Assembly (NCBI GenBank): GCA_050952225.1
Contig: JBMNKL010000002.1
Coordinates: 210,484 to 274,483, forward strand
Reading direction: 5' to 3'
Length of the DNA: 64,000 nucleotides
From: Acetivibrionales bacterium
GTDB taxonomy: Bacteria; Bacillota; Clostridia; Acetivibrionales; DTU013
Numbering within the stretch: the stretch's first letter is position 1; every line of letters begins with the position of its first letter. The notes beneath the pieces are model-generated. The model had not been told where the DNA came from and did not search any database. It saw only the letters and a list, made by a program, of their open reading frames with translations. Made by a program: the position numbers and the translations under genes. Shown piece by piece: positions 39,519 to 50,193 of this stretch.

Positions 39519-39920
39519 TCAATCATTAAGTTTCCTGAATATTTCATCCTTTATTTTGCCTTTTAAATGTATCGTATTGCTGCCTTCATTTATGAGCGCC
39601 TGCCTTATGTATTCGACTTCGGCCTCGGTCAGGATGATCGTTTTCCCCTTGAGCGAAGGCTTGACTCTCCCGAATACCTGCGCAATCGCATTTTTTGCAG
39701 CCTCAACGCTGCCAAAGTAATACACTTCCTGAGATTCGTCGTATATGGCGCCGTGCTCCGAGTATATCTCCTTTACGGCGTCAGGCTTCAGTCCCGTTAT
39801 TTTTGCGATATCCTCCGTCCTGTAGGAGCCGGAATAGTCAATGTAATAATTATTCTCGCGCCTTCCGGACTTTCTTACTATAAAGTTTGACTGGTTTACC
39901 AAGGCACCCTCTCCTTTCAT
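39519..39920 (-). CDS. Hypothetical protein
   Basis: 133 aa ORF in operon orientation; start may be the TTG after GGAGAGG. Confidence 0.7.
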   Translation of the reverse strand: MKGEGALVNQSNFIVRKSGRRENNYYIDYSGSYRTEDIAKITGLKPDAVKEIYSEHGAIYDESQEVYYFGSVEAAKNAIAQVFGRVKPSLKGKTIILTEAEVEYIRQALINEGSNTIHLKGKIKDEIFRKLND

Positions 39921-40418
39921 GCAACATCATGTAAATAATAATACCATATAGTTATTATTTAAACTACTTCTTTTAACCTTGAATTTAGCCCATGCTGCTG
40001 ACAAGCTTCCGCCTCGAAACAGCACAATCGTACAGAGGCTCTTCCTCTGGCGGAACATTTGTTATATAATTTAGAATGGATTTCTATATTTAGTAAAGCA
40101 TGTGCCTGCAGTTTAACAGCTATCTATATTGACAAGATGCGGTAAAAGGCAGATGGAAGAATGCCGGAGACCGGCAGCAAATCTTTGAAATGACAGCCGC
40201 AAAGGCATCCCATCCGGAAAAACGGGACACAGGGGAAACACAGGTATGGCAAAAAGCCCGTAAATATTATGATTTCTTTGCCTGCATGTGTTGCCGGTGA
40301 GTTAAGCAGCCGGGTATCGCAAATAGCTGTCAATATGCTATAATATGGAGCATACGGGTATATAGGCGGCTCTTTGGAAACCCGTCCCGAAAAGAATGAA
40401 CACACATGGAGGCCCGGA

Positions 40419-41066
40419 ATGAATGCGCTAGGCAGCAGCAAAGAAATAGTCAGAAACAAGCTTATAATCTTGTACATAATCAAAAGGCTGGACATGCCTG
40501 TCAGCAATCCCCATATCACCAGGCTTATCCTGGAAAACCGCCTGATGAATTACTTCATGTTTCAGCAATGTTTTAACGAGCTCCATGAGAGCGGGCTGGT
40601 AAAAATCATCGCTGACATCCCCCAAGTGCCGGACAAAGGCGCTCTTGACGGTAAAAGAGAAAGTGTGCCTGGCGGACCGGGAAAAAGTGTCTCACCAGGC
40701 ATGAATGGAGGTACTTGTCCGAAGGAACCTTCAGGGCGGTTTACCCTGACCGGCGCAGGAAACAGAACACTGGAGTATTTCCTTCACCTGATTCCTCCGG
40801 GAATTAAAAAGCAGCTTGACAAAATAGCTCCGGAAGCTCGTAAGGATATACGTGAGGAAATCCTTACAACCGCCGATTATTTCCCGGAAAGCGAAAACAA
40901 GTTCGAGGTGGTCTTAAAAACAGCGGAGAAGGATTTTCTCCTGCTGGCGCTAAAGGTAACCGTCGGTACAAAAAATGACGCAATCAGCATCTGCGAAAAC
41001 TGGAAAAAACATTCGTCCGATATCTATTCGGAAATTATTGATTCCCTTACAAAAACACGGGGGTAA
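40419..41066 (+). CDS. DUF4364-family protein
   Basis: NKLIILYI, MNYFMFQQCFNEL, ADYFP, AISICENWK..IYSEII; GGAGG RBS before the ATG at 40419. Confidence 0.82.
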   Translation: MNALGSSKEIVRNKLIILYIIKRLDMPVSNPHITRLILENRLMNYFMFQQCFNELHESGLVKIIADIPQVPDKGALDGKRESVPGGPGKSVSPGMNGGTCPKEPSGRFTLTGAGNRTLEYFLHLIPPGIKKQLDKIAPEARKDIREEILTTADYFPESENKFEVVLKTAEKDFLLLALKVTVGTKNDAISICENWKKHSSDIYSEIIDSLTKTRG

Positions 41067-41075
41067 AATCCCCCG
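41058..41075. terminator. Probable bidirectional terminator between convergent genes
   Basis: cggggg-taaaat-cccccg hairpin with an A-run before it. Confidence 0.5.
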
Positions 41076-41080
41076 CGTTC

Positions 41081-42289
41081 TTAATAATATATAGGCGAAA
41101 CAGCAATTTCATCTTCAATTAAAACAGCATTTTCTATAACATCCTCAGGCACGGTAATTGTGAAATCCTCATCATAGTTACTTGCGAGTTTTACGCTGAA
41201 GTTGACGGCTGTTTCATCTGTAATTCCCGATGCTCGCTGGGTTATTTTCAAATCTATCTTAATATAGTTCATCAGGTACGTATCCCTGTTTATGGATATT
41301 TCGACTGCTAAATCATCAAACTCAATATCATCGCCTATATCCCCGGCATAGTCCAAACCCTGCTGGGCAAACACCTTTTCGATCAGGTCGTATAAGTACA
41401 CATTACCGCTGAGAAGAATTTCGTCATCATGTTTACTGTCAAGCTGGTTCAGAGCTGTATACAAATAATCATTATTGTCTATGACAATATTTCCGTCCTG
41501 CTTTTCAAACATCATGCTATATTCCATATCAGTAAATATCATCTCGCTCCAGCTTCCGAGCAATGGGTTTAATATGTATAATGAATTATCGGCACAGTAA
41601 GCTTCTGTCGATATCTGCAATTCGTTAACGTATGCCTGCGCTTTGATGTGCATCCTTTTGTTCAGCGTATCCACCAACGAAGATACATCCAGTGCAATAT
41701 CAAAATTAGTATCACCCGATTTCAAATCACCTGTCATATTTATGTCCATTTTCATCTTTTTGACCTTTGCCGATTCCTCAGCCGATTTGTCCAGTATCTT
41801 TTTTACGTTTTCGTATTTTTCTGCGTCGCATATCCGAACAGTTCTTGTCTCGCCGTCCCAAATCACCTTTTTACCCATTGTCTCGGCCAAAAACCGGAGC
41901 GGTACGTATGTGGAACCTTTGTATAGAATGGGGGCAGCGTTGAGCGATATCGGTTCGTCATTTACAAAGGCTTCATTTTGCCCTATCAGCAAATAGATTT
42001 TCGTCTGACCATACCATACGGTAACACTTTTTTTGTCATGATTGTAAATGATATGCCCGTCATCATTCGGCACGCCGAGCTTGACGAGTAATTCCCTGAA
42101 AGGCAGCATCGTACTGTTGTTAACGGAAACCGGTACTTTTTCAAATCTCTCAAGCCTGCCGTCCATGACAATCCTGATGTCCGGCACTTCAACCGGATTG
42201 GGCGCCTGCACGGTTTCTGCGGCAAAAACGCTGCCGGTCGATAAGAATATCGTTAGAAATAAGGTTAATAATAATGTCTTTACTTTCAT
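41081..42289 (-). CDS. Secreted protein with a copper amine oxidase N-terminal (stalk) domain
   Basis: Signal peptide ending VFA; TMLPFREL, STYVPLRFLAETMGKKVIWD. Confidence 0.82.
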   Translation of the reverse strand: MKVKTLLLTLFLTIFLSTGSVFAAETVQAPNPVEVPDIRIVMDGRLERFEKVPVSVNNSTMLPFRELLVKLGVPNDDGHIIYNHDKKSVTVWYGQTKIYLLIGQNEAFVNDEPISLNAAPILYKGSTYVPLRFLAETMGKKVIWDGETRTVRICDAEKYENVKKILDKSAEESAKVKKMKMDINMTGDLKSGDTNFDIALDVSSLVDTLNKRMHIKAQAYVNELQISTEAYCADNSLYILNPLLGSWSEMIFTDMEYSMMFEKQDGNIVIDNNDYLYTALNQLDSKHDDEILLSGNVYLYDLIEKVFAQQGLDYAGDIGDDIEFDDLAVEISINRDTYLMNYIKIDLKITQRASGITDETAVNFSVKLASNYDEDFTITVPEDVIENAVLIEDEIAVSPIYY

Positions 42290-42393
42290 GTTCTCCCCCT
42301 GTTTGGCTAAATTTCCTTTTATTGTAGCATCAATAAATACCTGTGTCAACTGTGCCATCCGGGGGGTGTGCTAAGAAACTGCTACCAGAATCT

Positions 42394-42699
42394 TCACATA
42401 TATCTTCTTACTATTTCGCTGATTTCCTTGTGCTTTTTGGACTCCTTAAATAACACAAACCTGTTTCCGATGACCTGGACAATGTCGGCCCCCGTCCTGG
42501 CGGCAATCTCTTCGCAAACCTCGCGAGCATCTGCACCGGAGTTTTTAAGGACAGTGGCTTTTACAAGCTCCCTCGCTTCGAAAGCGTCATTGAATTGTTT
42601 AATCATATTATCCCCGATGCCTCCCTTGCCGATCTGGAAAATCGGCTCTATATTATTAGCAAGGCTTCTCAGGTAGCTTCTCTGTTTACCTGTCAACAT
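42394..42699 (-). CDS. yhbY: Ribosome assembly RNA-binding protein (CRM domain)
   Basis: MLTGKQRSYLRSLA, QIGKGG, ARELVK, VQVIG. Confidence 0.92.
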   Translation of the reverse strand: MLTGKQRSYLRSLANNIEPIFQIGKGGIGDNMIKQFNDAFEARELVKATVLKNSGADAREVCEEIAARTGADIVQVIGNRFVLFKESKKHKEISEIVRRYM

Positions 42700-42739
42700 A
42701 CAATTCCCTTTCCTTTGTCGCTTTTTCCAAAACTTGCTT

Positions 42740-44032
<1,293 letters not shown>

Positions 44033-44061
44033 TCAACTTTTCATGATTTCGCAAAGAATGT

Positions 44062-44092
44062 AAAAAGCCCGGCTTTTTATACGCCGGGACTT
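44062..44092 (-). terminator. Rho-independent terminator after rpmA
   Basis: cccggc...gccggg hairpin followed by a U-tract on the minus strand. Confidence 0.6.
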
Positions 44093-44104
44093 ATTTTTTA
44101 CCAA

Positions 44105-44386
44105 TTAGTTGGCAACTATACTTACCTGCTTTCTGTCTTTCCCAAGCCTGCCGAATTTCACTCTTCCGTCAACCAGGGCAAAAAGAGTGTCATCTTTGCC
44201 AATCCCTACATTCTCACCGGGATGGATCTTTGTGCCCCTCTGTCTCACAAGAATGTTCCCGGCCAATACAAACTGCCCGTCGCCTCTCTTGATACCGAGC
44301 CTTTTCGACGCACTGTCACGGCCGTTCCTTGAGCTGCCGACCCCCTTCTTATGAGCAAACAGCTGCAAATCAATTTTTTTAATCAT
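44105..44386 (-). CDS. rpmA: 50S ribosomal protein L27 with N-terminal Prp cleavage extension
   Basis: [25 protein letters not shown]. Confidence 0.97.
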   Translation of the reverse strand: MIKKIDLQLFAHKKGVGSSRNGRDSASKRLGIKRGDGQFVLAGNILVRQRGTKIHPGENVGIGKDDTLFALVDGRVKFGRLGKDRKQVSIVAN

Positions 44387-44723
44387 CGGTCTGCACCTCC
44401 TCTTCAACCACCATAACATATTCCCCGTATGAGAGCTCCACCTGTCTGAATCCTATCACTGCCGCATCAAGTATAACCCGCGATGTCTTTTTTTGCTGCT
44501 CCGTCATCTCCCGCGGCAGGCGGATCGACATCTGCCCGTCCCTTTCACTGTAGCAACGTTTCAACCCTGCCAGTTCTTCCAACGCTCCTGCAGCCGTGTA
44601 AGCGATTGCGGATACGGCTGAGCATATGATATCATGCCCTTTTTTCGCGTAACCCGCATGCCCGTAGATTTCAACGGCTCCAACCGTACCGTCGGGATTT
44701 TTTTTCAATGCAACGGTAATCAT
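44379..44723 (-). CDS. prp: Ribosomal-processing cysteine protease
   Basis: GHAGY...DIICSAVS catalytic His/Cys; lies between rplU and rpmA. Confidence 0.92.
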   Translation of the reverse strand: MITVALKKNPDGTVGAVEIYGHAGYAKKGHDIICSAVSAIAYTAAGALEELAGLKRCYSERDGQMSIRLPREMTEQQKKTSRVILDAAVIGFRQVELSYGEYVMVVEEEVQTDD

Positions 44724-45037
44724 CCCGCAACGTTAATCTTGCTAATCTGGACTTTCGTATAAGGCTGCCTGTGCCCCGTCTTTTTCCTGTAGTTCTTTTT
44801 CGGCTTGTACTTGAATACAATTATTTTCCTGGCCTTGCCCTGGCCGAGAACCTTTGCGGTTACACTGGCATTCTCAATCAAAGGCTTTCCGAAAGTGACA
44901 TTCCCCTCGTTCGAAACTGCCAAAACCTTATCGAAAGTAATCTCAGCGCCATCCTCGGCGTCGATTTTTTCTATAAACAGCACATCGCCTTCCTGTACCT
45001 TGTACTGTTTCCCGCCTGTTTCAATAACAGCGTACAT
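44720..45037 (-). CDS. rplU: 50S ribosomal protein L21
   Basis: [14 protein letters not shown]...GHRQPYT. Confidence 0.97.
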   Translation of the reverse strand: MYAVIETGGKQYKVQEGDVLFIEKIDAEDGAEITFDKVLAVSNEGNVTFGKPLIENASVTAKVLGQGKARKIIVFKYKPKKNYRKKTGHRQPYTKVQISKINVAG

Positions 45038-45054
45038 TATATTACCTCCTGCTT

Positions 45055-45122
45055 TGAGACTCGCCGGACCTTTAAGGCAGCGGCATCTGCCGCATTTTGA
45101 GCCCTGGCCGAGCGGTTACCGA
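45055..45122 (-). ncRNA. L21 ribosomal protein leader
   Basis: Structured 5' UTR GGTAACCGCTCGGCCAGGGC...GGCGAGTCT between the promoter and the rplU RBS. Confidence 0.65.
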
Positions 45123-45125
45123 AAT

Positions 45126-45154
45126 ATTTTAACACACAAACAAACTGGTGTCAA
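45126..45154 (-). promoter_or_regulatory. Sigma-A promoter of rplU-prp-rpmA
   Basis: TTGACA, 17 bp spacer, TAAAAT. Confidence 0.75.
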
Positions 45155-45310
45155 CGGCGCTTTTACGGGCATTGTGTCGTTCACTCTAATAATTTCATCC
45201 TGCCCGTAATTAAATCCTCCTGTATTTTGCTCACTCAGGTAAAAACGAGTGCGTTTTTCATGTATAATCTTCAAAAACACTATTTCAGCCTGTATACATT
45301 AACGTCGTCA

Positions 45311-46922
45311 ACTATATCAAGGTTTTGTGGATAACGGTATTCCCGAGCATAAGCCTGGCCGTCCAGTTTTCCCAGTGCCTTTAGTATACGCCCAGTTTCT
45401 TCTTACCAGAGGAATGAAGGGAAGAAGCGCAGCTTCAATTCATCTTATTCCTCGTCTCCCCGTATAGCATGCGGTCTCGGATACTAGTGAACACATTTCT
45501 TGCCTCGGAAATCTGTAACATAGCAAGGTTCTTAACTTTCTATCTTCACCACTTTACTGAAAGAACGCAGGTGCAAATTAACCGGCTTATTGCCCTATTC
45601 GTATACCTCTGTTACAATGGGATTTCTACCCCTGCATGCTATGCCGATCTTTCACCGCCTATGTATAACTGACCGTATCATGATTGAATCCTCCAACCGC
45701 TACAGACGTTAACAGCTCCCATATGAGCGGATCTTAGCATTATCCTCCCAAATTAGTGCAACCCTTTTCAATATGGTTCCTGCTACTCCAACATTTACCT
45801 TCATTCTTGCAATTATCCACGTTCCGTATCCATCGTGCAGATTCCTTTACTCATTCCCAAAGCACCTATGGGTTCTACCGGCTCCCTATCCTTGAACTTA
45901 CACCGTCCATATTCTTCCGGATGTACTTTTCCAACCCGTTCTATTTGACTATCTCACCTTTTAACCTCCGCCACAATGCAGTATTCAAATGCCTGGAACT
46001 TATCCAGCAGTTACTAAAGTGCCCAGCTTCAGTCATCGCAAAATAGGCCACACTCTTCCTTCTCCCACATTTCGCTACACGGGCAGATGCTATGCGATAC
46101 CTTTGCAAAGTATCTTATCCTGTATGACATTTCGATCCAGCGTCCTTCACCCAGTCCGGACCATTTCATTCATTTATTCCGCTATGGCCGATCCCTAAGA
46201 TTTAATGAGACTTTGTCTCCGGCTAAACCATCTTCTCAAAACCGGTCATTGTACTCCTTCACGGAAGGATTGTTTCTAACATCTCTTATTATCAGCCCAC
46301 ATTAGATCTTTCTATAACCTGCGGTGAGCCTTCCAGGCTTTTCGCCTGTATCTAACCATGAATCACGCTTACTTCCAAATAATCACTAGCCACTTCTTAT
46401 TTCCTCCGGATATTCGGTACGTTCAAATGACCGTTACCAGCCAGTTTCATGCTTCTCCTGCTTTTCTCCACTGCCTACAACATTCCACCCCTGATGACGG
46501 AATTACATAGCTCTTACCGCGACACTGCATGCACGTCCTTACTACATTTACGGTCATGCTACGATCTTTTCCCCAAATTCGAGGATTATTGCAGATCGTA
46601 CAGTCGATGACTCTCTACAAACTATGCTCAAAGACATTTTTCTACGACATGTAAAGATGCCTTAACCCTTTCATGGTGTCTTGATGACTTTGTCTCTGCC
46701 TTATCCTAGGGCGCCTGTTTTTCAAGCTGCTTATCCGCTCCTCCAGCCATTTATCAGCTCCTTGTACTTCACAGCGTATCTTAACTATATTTTCCCATGT
46801 GAAGTGAACCTGTGACGTTACTATTTTGCTCCTGTGCTCTAACCTGCTAACTCAGGAACTATTTGGGAAGAGGGTTTTACTTTCTTCCCATAATTATTGT
46901 TATCCACGAACTTTACTCTAAG
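45311..46922 (-). mobile_element. Degenerate ISLre2-family (UPF0236) insertion sequence with a fragmented transposase
   Basis: Imperfect IRs tatatcaaggttttgtggataac and gttatccacgaactttactcta; hairpin tgggaag..cttccca near the left end; minus-strand peptide relics HQGWNVVGSGEK, LGEGRWI, RNL..TM, IIARMK..KCWS. Confidence 0.65.
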
Positions 46923-47004
46923 TTACGGGCAGACCGGTGAAGCATCAATCCAACTTTAGCGGCAATCCCCGGAGGTTTCTCGCTAAATTTCTGACGCAGC
47001 CGGG

Positions 47005-48048
47005 CTAAAATTTCACCATAACTTTCACGCGGCTGTCATTACGTTCAGTCACCGCATTGAACGCCTCAATAACATCCTCAAATGAGAACCTGTCCGTAAT
47101 CATTGGTTTCAAGTCAATATGGCGGTTTGATACAAGGTCAAGAACTTTTCTTGCTACGTTGGCAGTAGTCGCTGCGCCGATCAATGTGCAATTTTTTGCA
47201 ATAAGCCGGTTCAGGTCAAAAGAAGGGATCTGACCTTCGTAAAAGCCCGGCAGAACAAGTATGCCGCTTGCGCTTAGCAAGTCCAGCTCTTCATTTACGA
47301 GTTCACCTGCTCCGGTAGTGTCCATAATTATGTCCATACCTCTTCCGTCTGTCTCGCGCATTACTATATCCCGTAAATTCTCCCTTGTCATGTTTATTAC
47401 CACATCGGCACCCATTCTTCTGCCTATTTCCAGCTTTTTATCCTTTCGTCCTGCAAGCAGCGTCCTGCCTACTCCCATACCTTTTGCCGCTGCCATTCCT
47501 CCAAGCCCGATAGGGCCTGTCCCTATAACCAGCAGGTTCTTTCCAGGTCCCACGGCAGCACGCAGCAGACCGCACAACCCAATGCTTGAAGGTTCCACGA
47601 GTGCGGCTTCTTCAAGGTCTACATTATCAGGTAATTTATGCACCAGCCGTTCAGTAAGGAGCATGTATTCGGCAAGTGAACCCGGCCAGCAATCCCCTAT
47701 CGTGCCGATTGCGCGGCTTTCTCCGCAGCGTTGGTATTCACCCGACAGGCAATACTCACAAACACCGCATGAAATTGCCGTTTCACTGATAATACGATCT
47801 CCTTTTTTTATATACTTTGTATTTGGGCCTGTTTCTTCGACAACTCCCGACCATTCATGGCCCAGTCTTACCGGATAAATAGGCTCAAGGCCCTCGCCCA
47901 GATGCAGTTCTCCTTTCATAATACTGACATCCGTTGCACATATTCCGCTATAAGCCACCCGTGCCAGTACTTCACCAGGCCCTGGTTTCGGAATATCGGT
48001 TTCAATTATTCTAAGTTCGCCGGGAGCATATGCAACCAATGCTTTCAT
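47005..48048 (-). CDS. Zinc-dependent alcohol/polyol dehydrogenase (MDR family)
   Basis: GICATD, GHEWSG, CGVCEYC..C structural Zn site, GTGPIG. Confidence 0.9.
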   Translation of the reverse strand: MKALVAYAPGELRIIETDIPKPGPGEVLARVAYSGICATDVSIMKGELHLGEGLEPIYPVRLGHEWSGVVEETGPNTKYIKKGDRIISETAISCGVCEYCLSGEYQRCGESRAIGTIGDCWPGSLAEYMLLTERLVHKLPDNVDLEEAALVEPSSIGLCGLLRAAVGPGKNLLVIGTGPIGLGGMAAAKGMGVGRTLLAGRKDKKLEIGRRMGADVVINMTRENLRDIVMRETDGRGMDIIMDTTGAGELVNEELDLLSASGILVLPGFYEGQIPSFDLNRLIAKNCTLIGAATTANVARKVLDLVSNRHIDLKPMITDRFSFEDVIEAFNAVTERNDSRVKVMVKF

Positions 48049-48156
48049 AATCACTACCTCGTACAATTATTTTAGTAAGGTTTTATCAGGTAATATTCCA
48101 GCTATAAACCTTTACGGTATCGACCCCAAACTCACTGGAATGATCATTCCATGTTT

Positions 48157-49146
48157 TTATGCAGGTATCTTGCGCCGCTGCTTGTAAATATCGAAAAGCA
48201 CCGCACCCGCCATTAATGCACCCTGTACTGCCACACGCATCGTTGTGGGCACTCCAAGGAAAATAATCGCATTTTCCGCAACAAAAACCAGAGTGATACC
48301 AATGAGTATACCTAATGGCGAGCCTTTACCGCCTGCCAGGCTGACACCTCCTACAACACATCCGGCAATGGCACGGAATTCCCATCCGTCACCCGTCTCC
48401 GGAAGGCCCAGCCCTACGTCGAGGGTCAACAGTATCCCTGCGATGGCTGAAAGCAATGCCGAAAGGAGGTAAGCCACTATCCTCTTCCTGGTAACATTTA
48501 TACCCGCAAGGGTAGCAACCTCGCGATTATCACCGGTCGCAAGCAAATGTCTTCCCCATACGGTTTTTTTGATGACAAGTGTCGCGATTGCAAAAATCAC
48601 AATCATAATCCAAAAATAAAGAGGCATTCCCAGGTATCTTCTGTCAAATATCTGAACAAGCGTAAAATTCTCCAGGGTATTGAGTGAAAACTGATACCCC
48701 TTGATAAATAAATACCGCGCGCCGCCGACCATGTACAAGGTGCCCATCGTGACCACGAAATCCGGCACCTCGAAGTGTACTACCAATATGCCGTTTACAA
48801 GTCCTACAACCAATGCAGCCGCAACTGCCGCTATAATCGCAGCGGTGGCGCCCCAGCCGGCATCAACAACCAATACCGACATGATGATTCCCGCAAAACC
48901 TGCAACACGTCCCGTGGAAATATCAACATTTCCGGTCATAAGGGGAAAACTCGCACCAAGCGCTGTAATGGCTATAAACGGTATCTGTGTAAACATGGCG
49001 GAAAAATTCGCCATAGTAAGAAAGTCCGGGCGGATTAGCGTAGTAATCGCGATTATTATAATCAGTGGAATTAATACTCCAAATTCATCACTTCTTGTCA
49101 CTTTCCGCAAAGCGCCGCCGTACGTGGCATTAGCTGTTTTCATCAA
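48157..49146 (-). CDS. Monosaccharide ABC transporter permease (RbsC-like)
   Basis: GNVDISTG, GRHLLATGDN..A.LAGIN, AIAGCVVGGVSLAGGKG. Confidence 0.9.
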   Translation of the reverse strand: MMKTANATYGGALRKVTRSDEFGVLIPLIIIIAITTLIRPDFLTMANFSAMFTQIPFIAITALGASFPLMTGNVDISTGRVAGFAGIIMSVLVVDAGWGATAAIIAAVAAALVVGLVNGILVVHFEVPDFVVTMGTLYMVGGARYLFIKGYQFSLNTLENFTLVQIFDRRYLGMPLYFWIMIVIFAIATLVIKKTVWGRHLLATGDNREVATLAGINVTRKRIVAYLLSALLSAIAGILLTLDVGLGLPETGDGWEFRAIAGCVVGGVSLAGGKGSPLGILIGITLVFVAENAIIFLGVPTTMRVAVQGALMAGAVLFDIYKQRRKIPA

Positions 49147-50175
49147 TCAAACGCTCCCTTCAAGGCTGTTTTGGTTTAACTCCAGCCGCTTCCGTTGAAT
49201 GTCCAGCAATACTGCAATAAGAAGTATAAATCCTATCAGAACAAGTTGAAGGTTTGTATCAATGCTGAGAATACGGAGGCAATACCATAGAGTGTGAAAA
49301 AGCAGAACACCAAGCCCGACTCCTAATATCGAACCACTACCGCCGCCCAGACTGATTCCGCCTATGGCACAGCTTATTATAGCGCGAAATTCTCTCCCCA
49401 CGCCATATGCCGATGATGCGGTAGCGTTGTGTAAAACATCAAACAAACCGCCTGTGGCTGCAAGCATTCCGGCAAGAATAAACGCAATCCACTTGATTTT
49501 TTTAACGTTTATCCCCGCCATAAGCGAAGCCTCCTTGTTTCCCCCCACTGAACGGAGCTTGTATCCCAACGGCGTTCTTCTAATGATAATATCAAGTATT
49601 ACTATCAGTCCGACAAAAATGAAGAACAGCCACGAAAGCCCCAGCGGTTTGGCACGTGTAAAGGCCGAAGTACCAAGTTTTATGGGTATTGGATATCCCT
49701 GGCTGATTGTAACTGCAAGCCCCTGGCAAATGAATTGTGTGGCAAGCGTGGTGATCCATGCGCTTAATCCCAGGTTGCAAACCAGGAAACTATTAACCGC
49801 ACCAATAATCGCGCCTGAAAGAAGACATATCAGTATGCACGGCACCAGCCCAAGTCCCCACTCGGAGGCTGCCACTCCACACATAATACCTGCAAGGCAT
49901 CCGTTCATTCCAACCGAAAGGTCAATTTCGCCGGACATGATAACAATTGCTTCTCCTAAAGCTGCAGCACCAATAAAGATTGAACCGGTTAAAATGGAAG
50001 AAATATACCTCCATGTTAAAAAGTTTTTATTGATAAGAGACGTTACAATACTAAGAATAAGTATCAGTACGACTACGCCGAGTTCAGATGTCATAAGCAA
50101 ACCGGCCCTGAGTTTTGTTCGAACACTTTTCTTGCTTTTTGATTTCAAGCCATTCGTTATCATGTTTGTACTCAC
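49147..50175 (-). CDS. Monosaccharide ABC transporter permease (RbsC-like)
   Basis: GEIDLSVG, GGNKEASLMAGIN, IGGISLGGGSG. Confidence 0.9.
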   Translation of the reverse strand: MSTNMITNGLKSKSKKSVRTKLRAGLLMTSELGVVVLILILSIVTSLINKNFLTWRYISSILTGSIFIGAAALGEAIVIMSGEIDLSVGMNGCLAGIMCGVAASEWGLGLVPCILICLLSGAIIGAVNSFLVCNLGLSAWITTLATQFICQGLAVTISQGYPIPIKLGTSAFTRAKPLGLSWLFFIFVGLIVILDIIIRRTPLGYKLRSVGGNKEASLMAGINVKKIKWIAFILAGMLAATGGLFDVLHNATASSAYGVGREFRAIISCAIGGISLGGGSGSILGVGLGVLLFHTLWYCLRILSIDTNLQLVLIGFILLIAVLLDIQRKRLELNQNSLEGSV

Positions 50176-50193
50176 AATTCAAATTCCCCTTTC

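Noticed and set aside
39990-40370. Possible riboswitch or sRNA, and a GAAC-ATTT-GTTA LexA-like box, in the divergent intergenic region
   Set aside because: Only a weak hairpin (ttccgcc..ggcggaa) and a mismatched SOS box; no recognisable aptamer consensus.
44105-44723. N-terminally extended L27 plus a protease gene
   Set aside because: This is the well-known Firmicute Prp processing system, not novel.
45469-46305. Short plus-strand ORFs of 67-96 aa inside the gap
   Set aside because: No convincing RBS, atypical composition, and antisense to the transposase relic.
45311-46922. Group II intron or large structured ncRNA as the explanation for the ORF-less gap
   Set aside because: No GTGCG 5' end, domain V motif or reverse transcriptase motifs were found; IS-like ends and transposase relics fit better.
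45163-46932. ttacgggca / tgcccgtaa 9-mers at 45163, 45201 and 46923 as a target duplication or att site
   Set aside because: The left copies are not adjacent to the IS end and form a local hairpin; the sequence next to the left end matches poorly, so no duplication can be called.
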